A stretch of DNA of 64,000 bases from a virus (IMGVR_UViG_3300038679_000032:516-64515), one strand, 5' to 3'; counted from the stretch's first letter, positions 19,385 to 27,905 are shown. The notes: generated by a model not told the origin, from the letters alone. Translations and numbers: made by a program.

Positions 19385-19602
19385 GCACCCAAACTCACGA
19401 CACGCCCTCTCGACGAACATCAGGCCGCGAGCTTCCGAGGAGGGGCCAGAGCCAGGGGAAGAGGGGAAACGGGCCACGGGTAAAGTCATCGCCCAATGTG
19501 GTTAAGGTGGGTGCCTCGGATGCGGCGAGCGGGGGAAGTGGTTCTTTGGACTTGGGTGGGGGTTCCAGGGATGCCCCCACCCGCTACCAAACGGAGGTAA
19601 GT

Positions 19603-19929
19603 ATGCACACCGAATCTACAGCGGGAAAAGACCCTACGGCATGGGCGCGGCAAATCTTTGACACGGTATCCAAAATTAACAAGGAATACAAGGAAAATCT
19701 TTACTGCCATGAGTGCGGGAAAAGGTTTCTCCCCAAAAATGACAGGGAAAGGCAAAATTACTACTCGTCGGGGATGTGTGCGGAATGTGAACAGGCGGCC
19801 CTTTGTGAGCCGTCGAAAGACCCGGTGATTATGTACCTCGGGGAGATTCTGGCGGAAGTGGTTAAGATCAAGGAAACCATCGGTGACATTACAGACATGA
19901 TTGCAAAGGAGAGGAAAGATGAACGGTAA
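19603..19929 (+). CDS. Hypothetical zinc-binding protein
   Basis: GGAGG SD; CHECG...CAEC. Confidence 0.6.
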   Translation: MHTESTAGKDPTAWARQIFDTVSKINKEYKENLYCHECGKRFLPKNDRERQNYYSSGMCAECEQAALCEPSKDPVIMYLGEILAEVVKIKETIGDITDMIAKERKDER

Positions 19930-20335
19930 AATAGCGAAGATTGATTCAAACGACATCACCAAAAAGGACGGAACACCAACCACGCTGTATAAGGTCTCTT
20001 TCGTTGGCGATTCCACAGTCTATGAGACATGGGACACCAAGGGCGCGAAGGTTGGGGACGAAGTAGAGGGGACAACGGGGACAAGGGAATGGCAGGACAA
20101 GACATTCCACACCATCAAAATTTCAAAGGTGCTTCCCCCGAAATCAGACTTTCCGCCTTCAAGTGCTTCGGAACCCGGGGGGAAGAACAATTCTTTCGCC
20201 GCCTCTTACGCCAAGGACATTGCAGTAGCCTGTATCGCACAGGGAATTATCGGCAATTCAAAGGACATTGAGGCCGTGGTCAATCACTTCTTCACCGTGT
20301 TCACCGACCTTCTAAACAGGTCTTACGATTTATAG
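19919..20335 (+). CDS. Putative SSB-like OB-fold protein
   Basis: Beta-rich N-terminus, linker, ASYAKD helix; lies before the exonuclease. Confidence 0.5.
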   Translation: MNGKIAKIDSNDITKKDGTPTTLYKVSFVGDSTVYETWDTKGAKVGDEVEGTTGTREWQDKTFHTIKISKVLPPKSDFPPSSASEPGGKNNSFAASYAKDIAVACIAQGIIGNSKDIEAVVNHFFTVFTDLLNRSYDL

Positions 20336-20343
20336 GGTGTCTT

Positions 20344-20529
20344 ATGTATATCTGTGTCGGGTGCAAGAAAGAAATGGTTTGCGACAAGAACAGCGTTGGG
20401 GCGGATTTTGGTAACGGGCATGTGTATCCTTCGGATCGGTTCCGATGCCCTCAATGCGGAACGATGATTCTGGCAACCAACGGACACCATCGTATGACCC
20501 GGATTATAAGTTTCAAGACGAATACATGA
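20344..20529 (+). CDS. Small zinc-ribbon protein
   Basis: CVGC...CPQC. Confidence 0.55.
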   Translation: MYICVGCKKEMVCDKNSVGADFGNGHVYPSDRFRCPQCGTMILATNGHHRMTRIISFKTNT

Positions 20530-20539
20530 GGATGAGGTA

Positions 20540-20578
20540 ATGGAAATCAAGCGTAGCCCGGAAAGGGAAAGTACTTGA
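20540..20578 (+). pseudogene. Relic 5' end of the Cas4-like nuclease gene (MEIKRSPERE)
   Basis: GAGGT SD; peptide nearly identical to the start of 21432..22289. Confidence 0.75.
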
Positions 20579-20609
20579 CTAATTTACCTATAGGTGATAC
20601 CCTGTGGCC

Positions 20610-20777
20610 GTGAAAATAGATATTCAAAAACTTAAATGCTTGAGGTGTGGCCATGAGTGGTATCCAAGGTTACCTGAGATCAGAATATGCCCAAAATGTA
20701 AATCGGCTTACTGGGATAGAGAAAGAATGTGTGAATTGCCACCAAAAGAAGAGCGTTGGCCTATTTACAAGGGATAG
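20610..20777 (+). CDS. Zinc-ribbon protein (CLRCGHEWYPR...CPKCKSAYWD)
   Basis: Hand translation from GTG 20610; preceded by TTGACT-17-TACCCT. Confidence 0.6.
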   Translation: MKIDIQKLKCLRCGHEWYPRLPEIRICPKCKSAYWDRERMCELPPKEERWPIYKG

Positions 20778-21441
20778 AACACGGCCAGATGGGTACCACC
20801 CATATTGTAAGATATGCAGAAACACACTACGCAAGTCAGGAGATAAGGAAAAACTTTTCAGACAAGGGGTTCGGTATAGAGAAAAGCATAAAGATGATTT
20901 ACGAAAGAAGAAACAGATATTTTATCAAAAAAATAAAAAGCAAATTAATGAGAAAAATAAAACATACTATCAACAACACAAAGAAGAGATTCGGATAAAG
21001 GCAATGGCTTATTACCAAAACAACAAGGATGCTACCAAAGAGAGATCGTATGCTTGGCTTAAAAACAAACTCTCAAAAGATCCTGTATTTAGAATGATAC
21101 ACCGATTCCGTTTCTTAATAGGGTATGCGTTAAGGGGTAAAAAAAACAGAAGGCGGTGGGAATCGTTGGTTGGATACACGCCAGAACAACTTAAAAATCA
21201 TATTGAAAGCCTATTTGTTGATGGAATGTCTTGGGACAATTATGGTCGTGGAGGGTGGCACATAGACCACATAATCCCAATCTCAGCATTCAATTTTGAG
21301 AAGCCGGAGGATTTGGATTTTAAGCGGTGTTGGAGTCTGTCGAACCTACAACCCATGTGGGAACAAGAAAATTTCAGGAAAAACAGGTTTCTTAAAAAAT
21401 CCTTTCAACCATCGCTTCTACTGGGGGAATCATGCAAATAA
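20647..21441 (+). mobile_element. Free-standing HNH homing endonuclease 2 (start uncertain)
   Basis: CVNC...CKIC finger; WHIDHIIP...NLQPMW. Confidence 0.88.
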
Positions 21442-22289
21442 AAAGAAGTCCAGAAAGAGAAGAATACCTTTTCAAGACAATCATCAACTCCTTTTTTGAA
21501 CGGGACAAGGACAGGGCTGAGTCCATTCACCTATCCGACCTTCTCTATCCAAGACAGGCATATTGGAGAAGGAAGCACCCCCTCCCGGCAACAAGGAGCG
21601 AAGTGCAATACTGGGTTATCGGGCGGGGCCATGAGGATGTGTTTCACCATGTTACCGGATTGAAACACATTGAAGTTCGGGAGTGGGAAGGAATCGTCTA
21701 TAGTATAGACTTCTTTTTAGACAATCCCAATGAGATGAAAACCCGCAGAGGCTATCTTGCGAAGGATGGGGAAGAACCAGAGCGGTATGAAAGCTATTTA
21801 CATCAACTGAGGGGGTATTGTGCTTGCGAATATAAACAGAAGGGGGAGCTGTGGGTATGGAGCCTTTTAGAAAAGGTGGACGCATACAAGTCGGCCCCTG
21901 TTTTGGCGTGTTATGATGTCCTTTTTACCGAGGAGGAGTTGGAGGAAGAACGGAAATCGCTTTTAACGCGCAAAAACGGCCTTCAGAGCGCACTTGACTA
22001 TATCTTCGACCCCTTTATCGAAGATGTTCCTTCAATGCCTTGGATGGCCCTTCCTGCGTGTCCTGGGTGGATGTGCATAGACACCTTGACTACGATGATT
22101 AAAAAGCCCTACTGTAAAACCTGTAATCGAGAATTTGAAGGCGAATGGGGGATCAATAAGCATTTGGATTCCAAAACAGGGAAGGGGCATGAAACGGAAG
22201 GGGCGGTGTTCGAGAAAACCGTGGTTCCAAAATGTAAATACTATCCAATGTGCTTGGGAGGGGAATCATGGCCGGAAAAGTCAGTATAG
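21432..22289 (+). CDS. PD-(D/E)XK Cas4-like exonuclease
   Basis: HLSDL, GRGHE, SID, EMKT, QLRGY motifs; Cys cluster at C-terminus. Confidence 0.75.
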   Translation: MQIKRSPEREEYLFKTIINSFFERDKDRAESIHLSDLLYPRQAYWRRKHPLPATRSEVQYWVIGRGHEDVFHHVTGLKHIEVREWEGIVYSIDFFLDNPNEMKTRRGYLAKDGEEPERYESYLHQLRGYCACEYKQKGELWVWSLLEKVDAYKSAPVLACYDVLFTEEELEEERKSLLTRKNGLQSALDYIFDPFIEDVPSMPWMALPACPGWMCIDTLTTMIKKPYCKTCNREFEGEWGINKHLDSKTGKGHETEGAVFEKTVVPKCKYYPMCLGGESWPEKSV

Positions 22290-22435
22290 ATTTTCGGAAT
22301 GATTGTTGGTGGTTCCGTTTATACGGGGACAAGGGGCAGATGATAGATATATGGGAGGTGGGGACCGGGGATGTGACGGTGATGTTCGCGGCCTACCAGA
22401 AGTTGTATCTGATTGAACCGAAAAAGGAGGGGTGA
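22268..22435 (+). CDS. Hypothetical protein
   Basis: GGGG SD; overlaps the nuclease end. Confidence 0.5.
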   Translation: MAGKVSIDFRNDCWWFRLYGDKGQMIDIWEVGTGDVTVMFAAYQKLYLIEPKKEG

Positions 22436-22569
22436 TTATGCTTATCAAACTCGTAAAATGGTTCATTAAAAAGTATCTTCCGGGGTATTCGCTCCACAGG
22501 AATCCGGGGAAAAGGAAACAGTCTATAGTATAGACAAAAGGCGCAAAGACGATCTTTGCGACAATTCAA

Positions 22570-22651
22570 GGGCGGGCGCGAAAGCGTGAGGGGAGCGAGT
22601 AAAAGCCGGAAATTATAGCAGTAGCTCTAACTTACCAATCCGGCCCCGCCC
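22570..22651 (+). ncRNA. Candidate structured RNA A
   Basis: GGGCGGG/CCCGCCC closing stem, GCGC-GAAA-GCGT tetraloop, CCGGA/TCCGG stem. Confidence 0.4.
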
Positions 22652-22667
22652 CCGATCTTTTGAAAAA

Positions 22668-22768
22668 GCTGTCATGGCATCCTGGTTAGAATCCGGGTGC
22701 TAAATAGGTATCGTGGAAGACGGCCTGTAGCGTAGTAGGGCAGACTCAGACCCTCGTGCCATGACAGC
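22668..22768 (+). ncRNA. Candidate structured RNA B
   Basis: 12-bp closing stem GCTGTCATGGCA/TGCCATGACAGC enclosing three hairpins. Confidence 0.45.
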
Positions 22769-22921
22769 CCCTTTAGGAGGGGGGGTGATTAAACTGCCTA
22801 AGAGAAATCGCTGTGCAATGTGCGGTGAAGAAGTATTGAACTTTGACCTTCACAAGTGCGTACGTCTTAGCCAGTAGTAACAGGGGGCCGCATCCTGAAT
22901 AAACACGCATAGGAGGGAGAG

Positions 22922-23107
22922 ATGGACAAGAAATTTAAGCGCATAAAAGCCCCTTGTAGTTTCTGCTTACGCAAAGGTCAACCTGCCCTTATAGCCTCTC
23001 CCTTGCACAACAAGCGGCGGGTCTATATCTGCTTTCAATGCGTCGAGGTCTGCATGAAGGGTGTGCTGGAGGAGAGGTATTCATGGAAGGAGAAAGCCGA
23101 TGAATAA
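22922..23107 (+). CDS. Stand-alone ClpX-type C4 zinc-binding domain protein
   Basis: CSFC...LIASP...VYICFQCVEVC matches the ClpX N-domain pattern. Confidence 0.7.
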   Translation: MDKKFKRIKAPCSFCLRKGQPALIASPLHNKRRVYICFQCVEVCMKGVLEERYSWKEKADE

Positions 23108-23387
23108 CAACCGAAGGTTCGCAGAGCTGGTAAATCCCGGCAAAGACTGTACCTACCATCCCGACTTCACCGACGCAAAGGAAGTGCTGAAGGTGATGAG
23201 AAAGATGTGTGACGACAGGGGGAGAAGCTGGCCGCGCTTTCGGGACTATTTAATGACAGAGGGTTATAAAATTGACCCGGTTAGGCATGAGCTGACAAAC
23301 CTTGTTGACCTCATCCTCGACACCACAGGCAAGCTCAGGGATTTGGCTATCGCGTGGATGGAGGGGAGGAAGGAGGCCGCTAAATGA
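23100..23387 (+). CDS. Hypothetical protein
   Basis: Overlapping start. Confidence 0.55.
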   Translation: MNNNRRFAELVNPGKDCTYHPDFTDAKEVLKVMRKMCDDRGRSWPRFRDYLMTEGYKIDPVRHELTNLVDLILDTTGKLRDLAIAWMEGRKEAAK

Positions 23388-23465
23388 TTATTCGCAGCCC
23401 CTTAACGTAATTCATTTATGCAAACGATGCCACAATGACATCCATATTGAAATGAGGATAGCAAG

Positions 23466-23663
23466 ATGAGTGAGATACTTAATTTTATGAGACAACTGTA
23501 TATTATGTATTGCTGGCCCGTGTGGGTTATCTCTGGCGGCGAAATCGAAGTAAAGTATGAATGGAAAAATGCTGAGGCCGAAAAACTTTATAATCTTGGA
23601 GCGTTGCTTCTTGATAATGCCAGATTGACGCTACCTCAAAGTGTGTTCAAGGAGGGGGTATGA
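23466..23663 (+). CDS. Hypothetical protein
   Basis: ORF track; coupled to the next gene. Confidence 0.5.
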   Translation: MSEILNFMRQLYIMYCWPVWVISGGEIEVKYEWKNAEAEKLYNLGALLLDNARLTLPQSVFKEGV

Positions 23664-24406
23664 CAATAAACGAAGAATGGTTCAAGAAGTTAAGATTTGA
23701 CGACAATCATCATCTTGGCCTTGGAGACATTAGACTTACAATCGGACAGCAAGAAGAAATCCTTGCCGCCCTTGCGGAGAAGGAACGGGAGATAAGGGGC
23801 TACGAACAACGGGCGATGGATGCTGACGAGGCCATGATCAACGATGAATTTGTATTAAAAGAGCAGATAGCCGCCCTGACCGCCGACCTTGCGGAGAAGG
23901 ATAAGACCCCTGATTTTGCCAGGGGATTTAACGCAGGCAAAAACGCTACATTAAGAAGAAACCCCTCTGGATGTTGTTGTAAGTTCACGGACGAAAAAGA
24001 AGGTGAGGACATTATCTCTCTGTGCGCGGCACACAAAGAATATATCGAAGCCGCCCTTGCAGAAAAGGACAAGGCGATCCTCCATTACGAGGTTAATGCG
24101 TGCCCCGAATTAGAACGGCAGATCGCCGCCCTCGAAAAACGGATTTCTGATGCAGGAATCCTAAAAGTGGTATCTGAAAACACCGCCCTGACCGCCCGTG
24201 TCAAGGAACTGGAACCCTTCCTCGACTTAGGTGTCAGGCAGGGGATGAGAATTAAGATTCTTGAAGCCGAGAACGCCGAACTGACAGATTGCCTTAATGG
24301 TAGTAGCAAGGCCGTCTATACTGCTGAGATGTATGACAAGCTGAGAGATGAGAACGCCGACCTCAAGGCCCGGATACAGGGGATGCTCGATGCAGGGAGG
24401 GAGTGA
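23660..24406 (+). CDS. Modular coiled-coil (Ead/Ea22-like) protein
   Basis: Repeated ALAEKD / QIAAL / ENAEL modules. Confidence 0.65.
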   Translation: MTINEEWFKKLRFDDNHHLGLGDIRLTIGQQEEILAALAEKEREIRGYEQRAMDADEAMINDEFVLKEQIAALTADLAEKDKTPDFARGFNAGKNATLRRNPSGCCCKFTDEKEGEDIISLCAAHKEYIEAALAEKDKAILHYEVNACPELERQIAALEKRISDAGILKVVSENTALTARVKELEPFLDLGVRQGMRIKILEAENAELTDCLNGSSKAVYTAEMYDKLRDENADLKARIQGMLDAGRE

Positions 24407-24524
24407 TGAATAGTTTTAAGCAGTATTGCTTATTCATATTTATAACTATCGTATCTACGATAGCTTACATGATCGGGTCGAAGAAGTTGATTGACTGGAT
24501 AATAAGGTGGCGGGATGGACGGCC

Positions 24525-25028
24525 ATGATGTACTGGTTCACCGCAGATGAACACTACAACCATACGAATATAATTACAAAGTTTGTATTCCGTAAGTTCC
24601 GCGACGCGGAACACATGAACCGGGAAATCATTGCTCGGCACAATTCCAGAGTGAAAAACAATCACACCGTATTTCATTTGGGCGACTTCCGGGTTGGGGG
24701 TGGGCCATCTTCTTTTGAATTGATGAGCCAGTTAAACGGGAACCATGTATTTATATGTGGGAATCACGACAAGAATAATGGGACCAATTCACCCATAAGG
24801 TTTTGTGTGATTGAGTCTTACGGGAAGAAGATGCTCTTGACACACAGACCCGAAGATGCGGAAATGATTATGGCTGGCGGGGGGATTGATTTGGCTCTTG
24901 TGGGCCATGTCCATGAAAAATGGACTTTCAGGGAGAACATGGTAAATGTCGGTGTAGATCAATGGGACTACTATCCTATTGATGCACGGCAAATCCTAAA
25001 AGCATACAATAGATTCAAACAACAATAG
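24525..25028 (+). CDS. Calcineurin-like metallophosphoesterase
   Basis: ADEH, LGDF, GNHD, THRP, GHVH. Confidence 0.88.
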   Translation: MMYWFTADEHYNHTNIITKFVFRKFRDAEHMNREIIARHNSRVKNNHTVFHLGDFRVGGGPSSFELMSQLNGNHVFICGNHDKNNGTNSPIRFCVIESYGKKMLLTHRPEDAEMIMAGGGIDLALVGHVHEKWTFRENMVNVGVDQWDYYPIDARQILKAYNRFKQQ

Positions 25029-25863
25029 TTTCCACTCCGGTTATCTTCCCTTCCACGACATGCACGGAACAGAATCCCAATTCTACAGGGGGATAGCCGG
25101 AAATTTCCGCATATCCGATAGCATCCTCATCGTCTGAATAGAGCTTCGAGAAACTCCCGGTACAGCAATAGTATCTCCTGTCGGGGTCGATGTAGTCCCC
25201 GGTTTGAATCCCGTCAAGGTATCCCTGTTTGATCTTCCCGCTTTGTGTGTAGATATAAAGCTGATTTGTGGGGGGGACGACGAATAATCTATGGAAATGG
25301 CCACAAGCATGAATCGCGCAATCCGAGAAGAAGTATTTGAGCTTCATCTTTAGAGAAGCCTTCATGTTGGCGATTCTCTGTTCCTGGTCCTTTGCGTTAC
25401 TTGCAAGAGAACCTTTAGTGGGTCCGTGCCACAGGTGCATTGAAAACAGTTTCTTCCCGGCGTGCTTGATGTCCACATGGGCCATGTAGCTCCCGTATTG
25501 AATGTTTAATTCTTTGCAGATGATGTCTTGGACGAGATTCCCGAACCGGTGGAGCTTCAGTTCATGGTTCCCGATTAGCCCACAGATGCAAGTTGAGGCA
25601 ACCGGGGAAAAGGTTTCGACCGCAGATTGAGCTTGTTTAATCGGTATCGGACACTCAGTCTTGTTCCATGCGTACCTTTTGTCATCGGTGGTGATTGCTT
25701 CTACCCAGTCCCCCATGTGAACCCAAAATCTATGAGGTTCCTTCAGATAATCAACCAACTGATCGACACCCTTTTTATGGTAGGTTACTGATCCCTCATG
25801 GGTGTCCCCCGCCAACACGATGTCAAATGTTGGTTCCGGCACTTCAAAAGATAACCGTTTCAT
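25015..25863 (-). CDS. Calcineurin-like metallophosphoesterase
   Basis: GDTH, MGD, GNHE, WHG, GHFH. Confidence 0.88.
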   Translation of the reverse strand: MKRLSFEVPEPTFDIVLAGDTHEGSVTYHKKGVDQLVDYLKEPHRFWVHMGDWVEAITTDDKRYAWNKTECPIPIKQAQSAVETFSPVASTCICGLIGNHELKLHRFGNLVQDIICKELNIQYGSYMAHVDIKHAGKKLFSMHLWHGPTKGSLASNAKDQEQRIANMKASLKMKLKYFFSDCAIHACGHFHRLFVVPPTNQLYIYTQSGKIKQGYLDGIQTGDYIDPDRRYYCCTGSFSKLYSDDEDAIGYAEISGYPPVELGFCSVHVVEGKITGVETIVV

Positions 25864-26119
25864 GTGTCCTCTCCCTACAGTTTATGCAGTACCTCCACGG
25901 ACCATCCGCATCTTCGTCCAATGGGGTTCCGCACCGTTTACACTTCTTATTCGCCTCCCGCCACAATCTGTGGGCCTTATAGTCGAACTCATGCCTTTTT
26001 ATTTCAAGACAGTCCGAACAGTATTTCTTTCCCGGTTCCGCTTGGTTGGGGCACCGGATACACAGACCCATCTTGAAATGCCGTTCCTGATACCTTTTTC
26101 TTCTATCTTCTGATTTCAT
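25844..26119 (-). CDS. Zinc-finger hypothetical protein
   Basis: Four CxxC pairs. Confidence 0.6.
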   Translation of the reverse strand: MKSEDRRKRYQERHFKMGLCIRCPNQAEPGKKYCSDCLEIKRHEFDYKAHRLWREANKKCKRCGTPLDEDADGPWRYCINCRERTHETVIF

Positions 26120-26360
26120 ACCAAGCATCCAATCTTAATCCGGGGGGAAGGTCAACCCCATTAACCTTCTCCAAGTCCTTGTTGATTGCCTTGATGTCCT
26201 GTTCATGCCTGTATCTCTCTCGAATGAGCCAGAACTTCATGGCTTGCAGGACTTCAAGACTGTTCACGGATACCTTCTGCTTGTCTATGAAGGATAACGC
26301 AACAAACACTATCACGATCCCCAAGACAAACCCCACCCCTATCCCGCAGAACAATTCCAT
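26103..26360 (-). CDS. Single-TM protein in lysis region
   Basis: N-terminal TM plus coiled coil; strong SD. Confidence 0.55.
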   Translation of the reverse strand: MELFCGIGVGFVLGIVIVFVALSFIDKQKVSVNSLEVLQAMKFWLIRERYRHEQDIKAINKDLEKVNGVDLPPGLRLDAWYEIRR

Positions 26361-26371
26361 CTCCCCCTCCT

Positions 26372-26578
26372 TTACATGAGCCCTTCGTCCGGTACATACA
26401 ATATCCCGATAATCCTTTCCCACAGTACTGTCGCAATCTGCTTCCCGTCCTTGTCAATGAAAACCGCTGTTTTTTCCTTCTGGTCAAAGCCAACCGCCAC
26501 GGCCCCCGGAACTATCCCCGACCTTCCATCCGAAAAGAAAATCAGAAACGCAAACAGGAACAGCCACAGATTCTTCAT
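26372..26578 (-). CDS. Signal-peptide small protein
   Basis: MKNLWLFLFAFLIFFS. Confidence 0.55.
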   Translation of the reverse strand: MKNLWLFLFAFLIFFSDGRSGIVPGAVAVGFDQKEKTAVFIDKDGKQIATVLWERIIGILYVPDEGLM

Positions 26579-26581
26579 TAG

Positions 26582-26791
26582 TTATCCCCCATCTCCCCCC
26601 GGATCACCCTTCCTTGCCCCGCCTCCACTTATGAATGCCGCAATAGCCACAACCACGTTAATAACTATGTTTTCAGGGTCCACAAGGTTCGCCATCGCCA
26701 CCATCGCTATCGCCGTTAGGCAGACTAACGCCGCTATCTTTTCCCTCACCGTCCCTGATCTTTGCGAGAGCTTCGTCAAGGTCTTTTTCAT
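26582..26791 (-). CDS. Putative holin (2 TM)
   Basis: Basic N-terminus, two hydrophobic segments, near the endolysin. Confidence 0.55.
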   Translation of the reverse strand: MKKTLTKLSQRSGTVREKIAALVCLTAIAMVAMANLVDPENIVINVVVAIAAFISGGGARKGDPGGDGG

Positions 26792-27155
26792 CGCGTTCAT
26801 GCTCCCCATAATAAAAACACGCCCCCCCGAACATTCTTACTGCAAGGTAATAAGCCAAAGCCAAAGCCTGATAATGAGGCCACCATCCCGCATCTTTTCT
26901 CATCGCTTCATAAAACTGTAAATCGGCTTTTTCCCTGTCTTTTTCAGTACATCCGATCCAGTAGTTAAAATCGTGAATCATACAGGATGCACTAAAAGTA
27001 AACTCCGGGACCGGAACCCAGCCCCCCTTTGGTCCTCACCCATTTGCTATAAACATTCTCTCTGCCGGGGTAAGGTGTCGCCACCGCAGGGGTTCGCTGT
27101 GATTTCTTGGCACGGTTGGCTGATTAAAAAACTTTTCTTCGTTGTTAATCATCAT
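26673..27155 (-). CDS. NGxG...CxxHD (PLA2-like/DUF1353-like) protein with in-frame TGA at codon 40: selenoprotein or nonsense allele
   Basis: ATG overlaps the endolysin stop; frame reads ...FIANG[TGA]GPKGGWVPVPEFTFSASCMIHDFNYW. Confidence 0.6.
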
Positions 27156-27592
27156 CCATTCCTTATCATCTTGACAATTTCTTTGGCCCTGGAATTGACT
27201 TGTCTATACCATAGACTGTCAATCATTTCGTCGGCGGCGGTATCCCAATCCCCTCTTTCAATCGCTTCCCTCATCTTTCTAAATTTAAGTGCCCCGGCGA
27301 CCCCGACATTAAAAACGAAATCAACCAATGCGTCTTTTCGGTTATCTGAAAACTTGTCAAAGTCTTTATAAATCGCCCTGCATTGCCTGAACACGGCATC
27401 AATGGAAATATCCAGTAAAAGTTCTGCCATTTCTTCGGTGATTTTCCCTGTCATTCTGAGGCAAGACGCAATATCCGGGGGGAGTTTGTTCGCATCGAGG
27501 TTCCATCCGTATCCGATAGTCATGTGCCCCGTCGGGCAGACATACTTGCAAAGCCTCAAACCCTCATGCCTCTTAATCATGTCTCGGAGCAT
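27152..27592 (-). CDS. Endolysin, phage lysozyme (GH24-like)
   Basis: HEGLRL..Y.CPTG..TIGYG.NL; AADEMIDSLWYRQV..RA. Confidence 0.88.
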   Translation of the reverse strand: MLRDMIKRHEGLRLCKYVCPTGHMTIGYGWNLDANKLPPDIASCLRMTGKITEEMAELLLDISIDAVFRQCRAIYKDFDKFSDNRKDALVDFVFNVGVAGALKFRKMREAIERGDWDTAADEMIDSLWYRQVNSRAKEIVKMIRNG

Positions 27593-27594
27593 AT

Positions 27595-27894
27595 TTAACC
27601 CCTTGTCGTGTCAATGACCTGTCCTTCGGGAGAATGCTTGTGGTGTTTTACGACATCCCACAGGTCATCGTGTTCTCTGGTCTTATCGGAACACACATCA
27701 TCCACCAAATCCGTTATGACCTTTCTCCGTTCCGCACATATCGGTTCGCCTACCTTGTTCTTGATTTGCAAACACAAGTCCTTCATCCGTTCCTCAAGAC
27801 CATCAATCCACCGCTTGATGAAGAAGGCCAGCACCGCGACGAGTGCCGTAAACACCCCGCCATTTAGGAATACAACTTCAATCGGAACGGACAT
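27595..27894 (-). CDS. Single-TM lysis-region protein (holin/antiholin-like)
   Basis: TM segment plus coiled coil immediately upstream of the endolysin. Confidence 0.5.
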   Translation of the reverse strand: MSVPIEVVFLNGGVFTALVAVLAFFIKRWIDGLEERMKDLCLQIKNKVGEPICAERRKVITDLVDDVCSDKTREHDDLWDVVKHHKHSPEGQVIDTTRG

Positions 27895-27905
27895 AATAGC
27901 CTCCT

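Noticed and set aside
19486-20016. 176-aa - strand ORF and similar shadow ORFs (e.g. 409..660, 5377..5799, 32816..33403, 47323..48117, 55681..56232)
   Set aside because: Antisense to well-supported genes; no motifs
21432-22289. CRISPR-Cas system
   Set aside because: Solo Cas4-like nuclease, common in phages; no cas1/cas2 or array
22536-22770. tRNA genes or a hammerhead ribozyme
   Set aside because: No T-loop GTTCRA/cloverleaf and no CUGANGA...GAAA core seen
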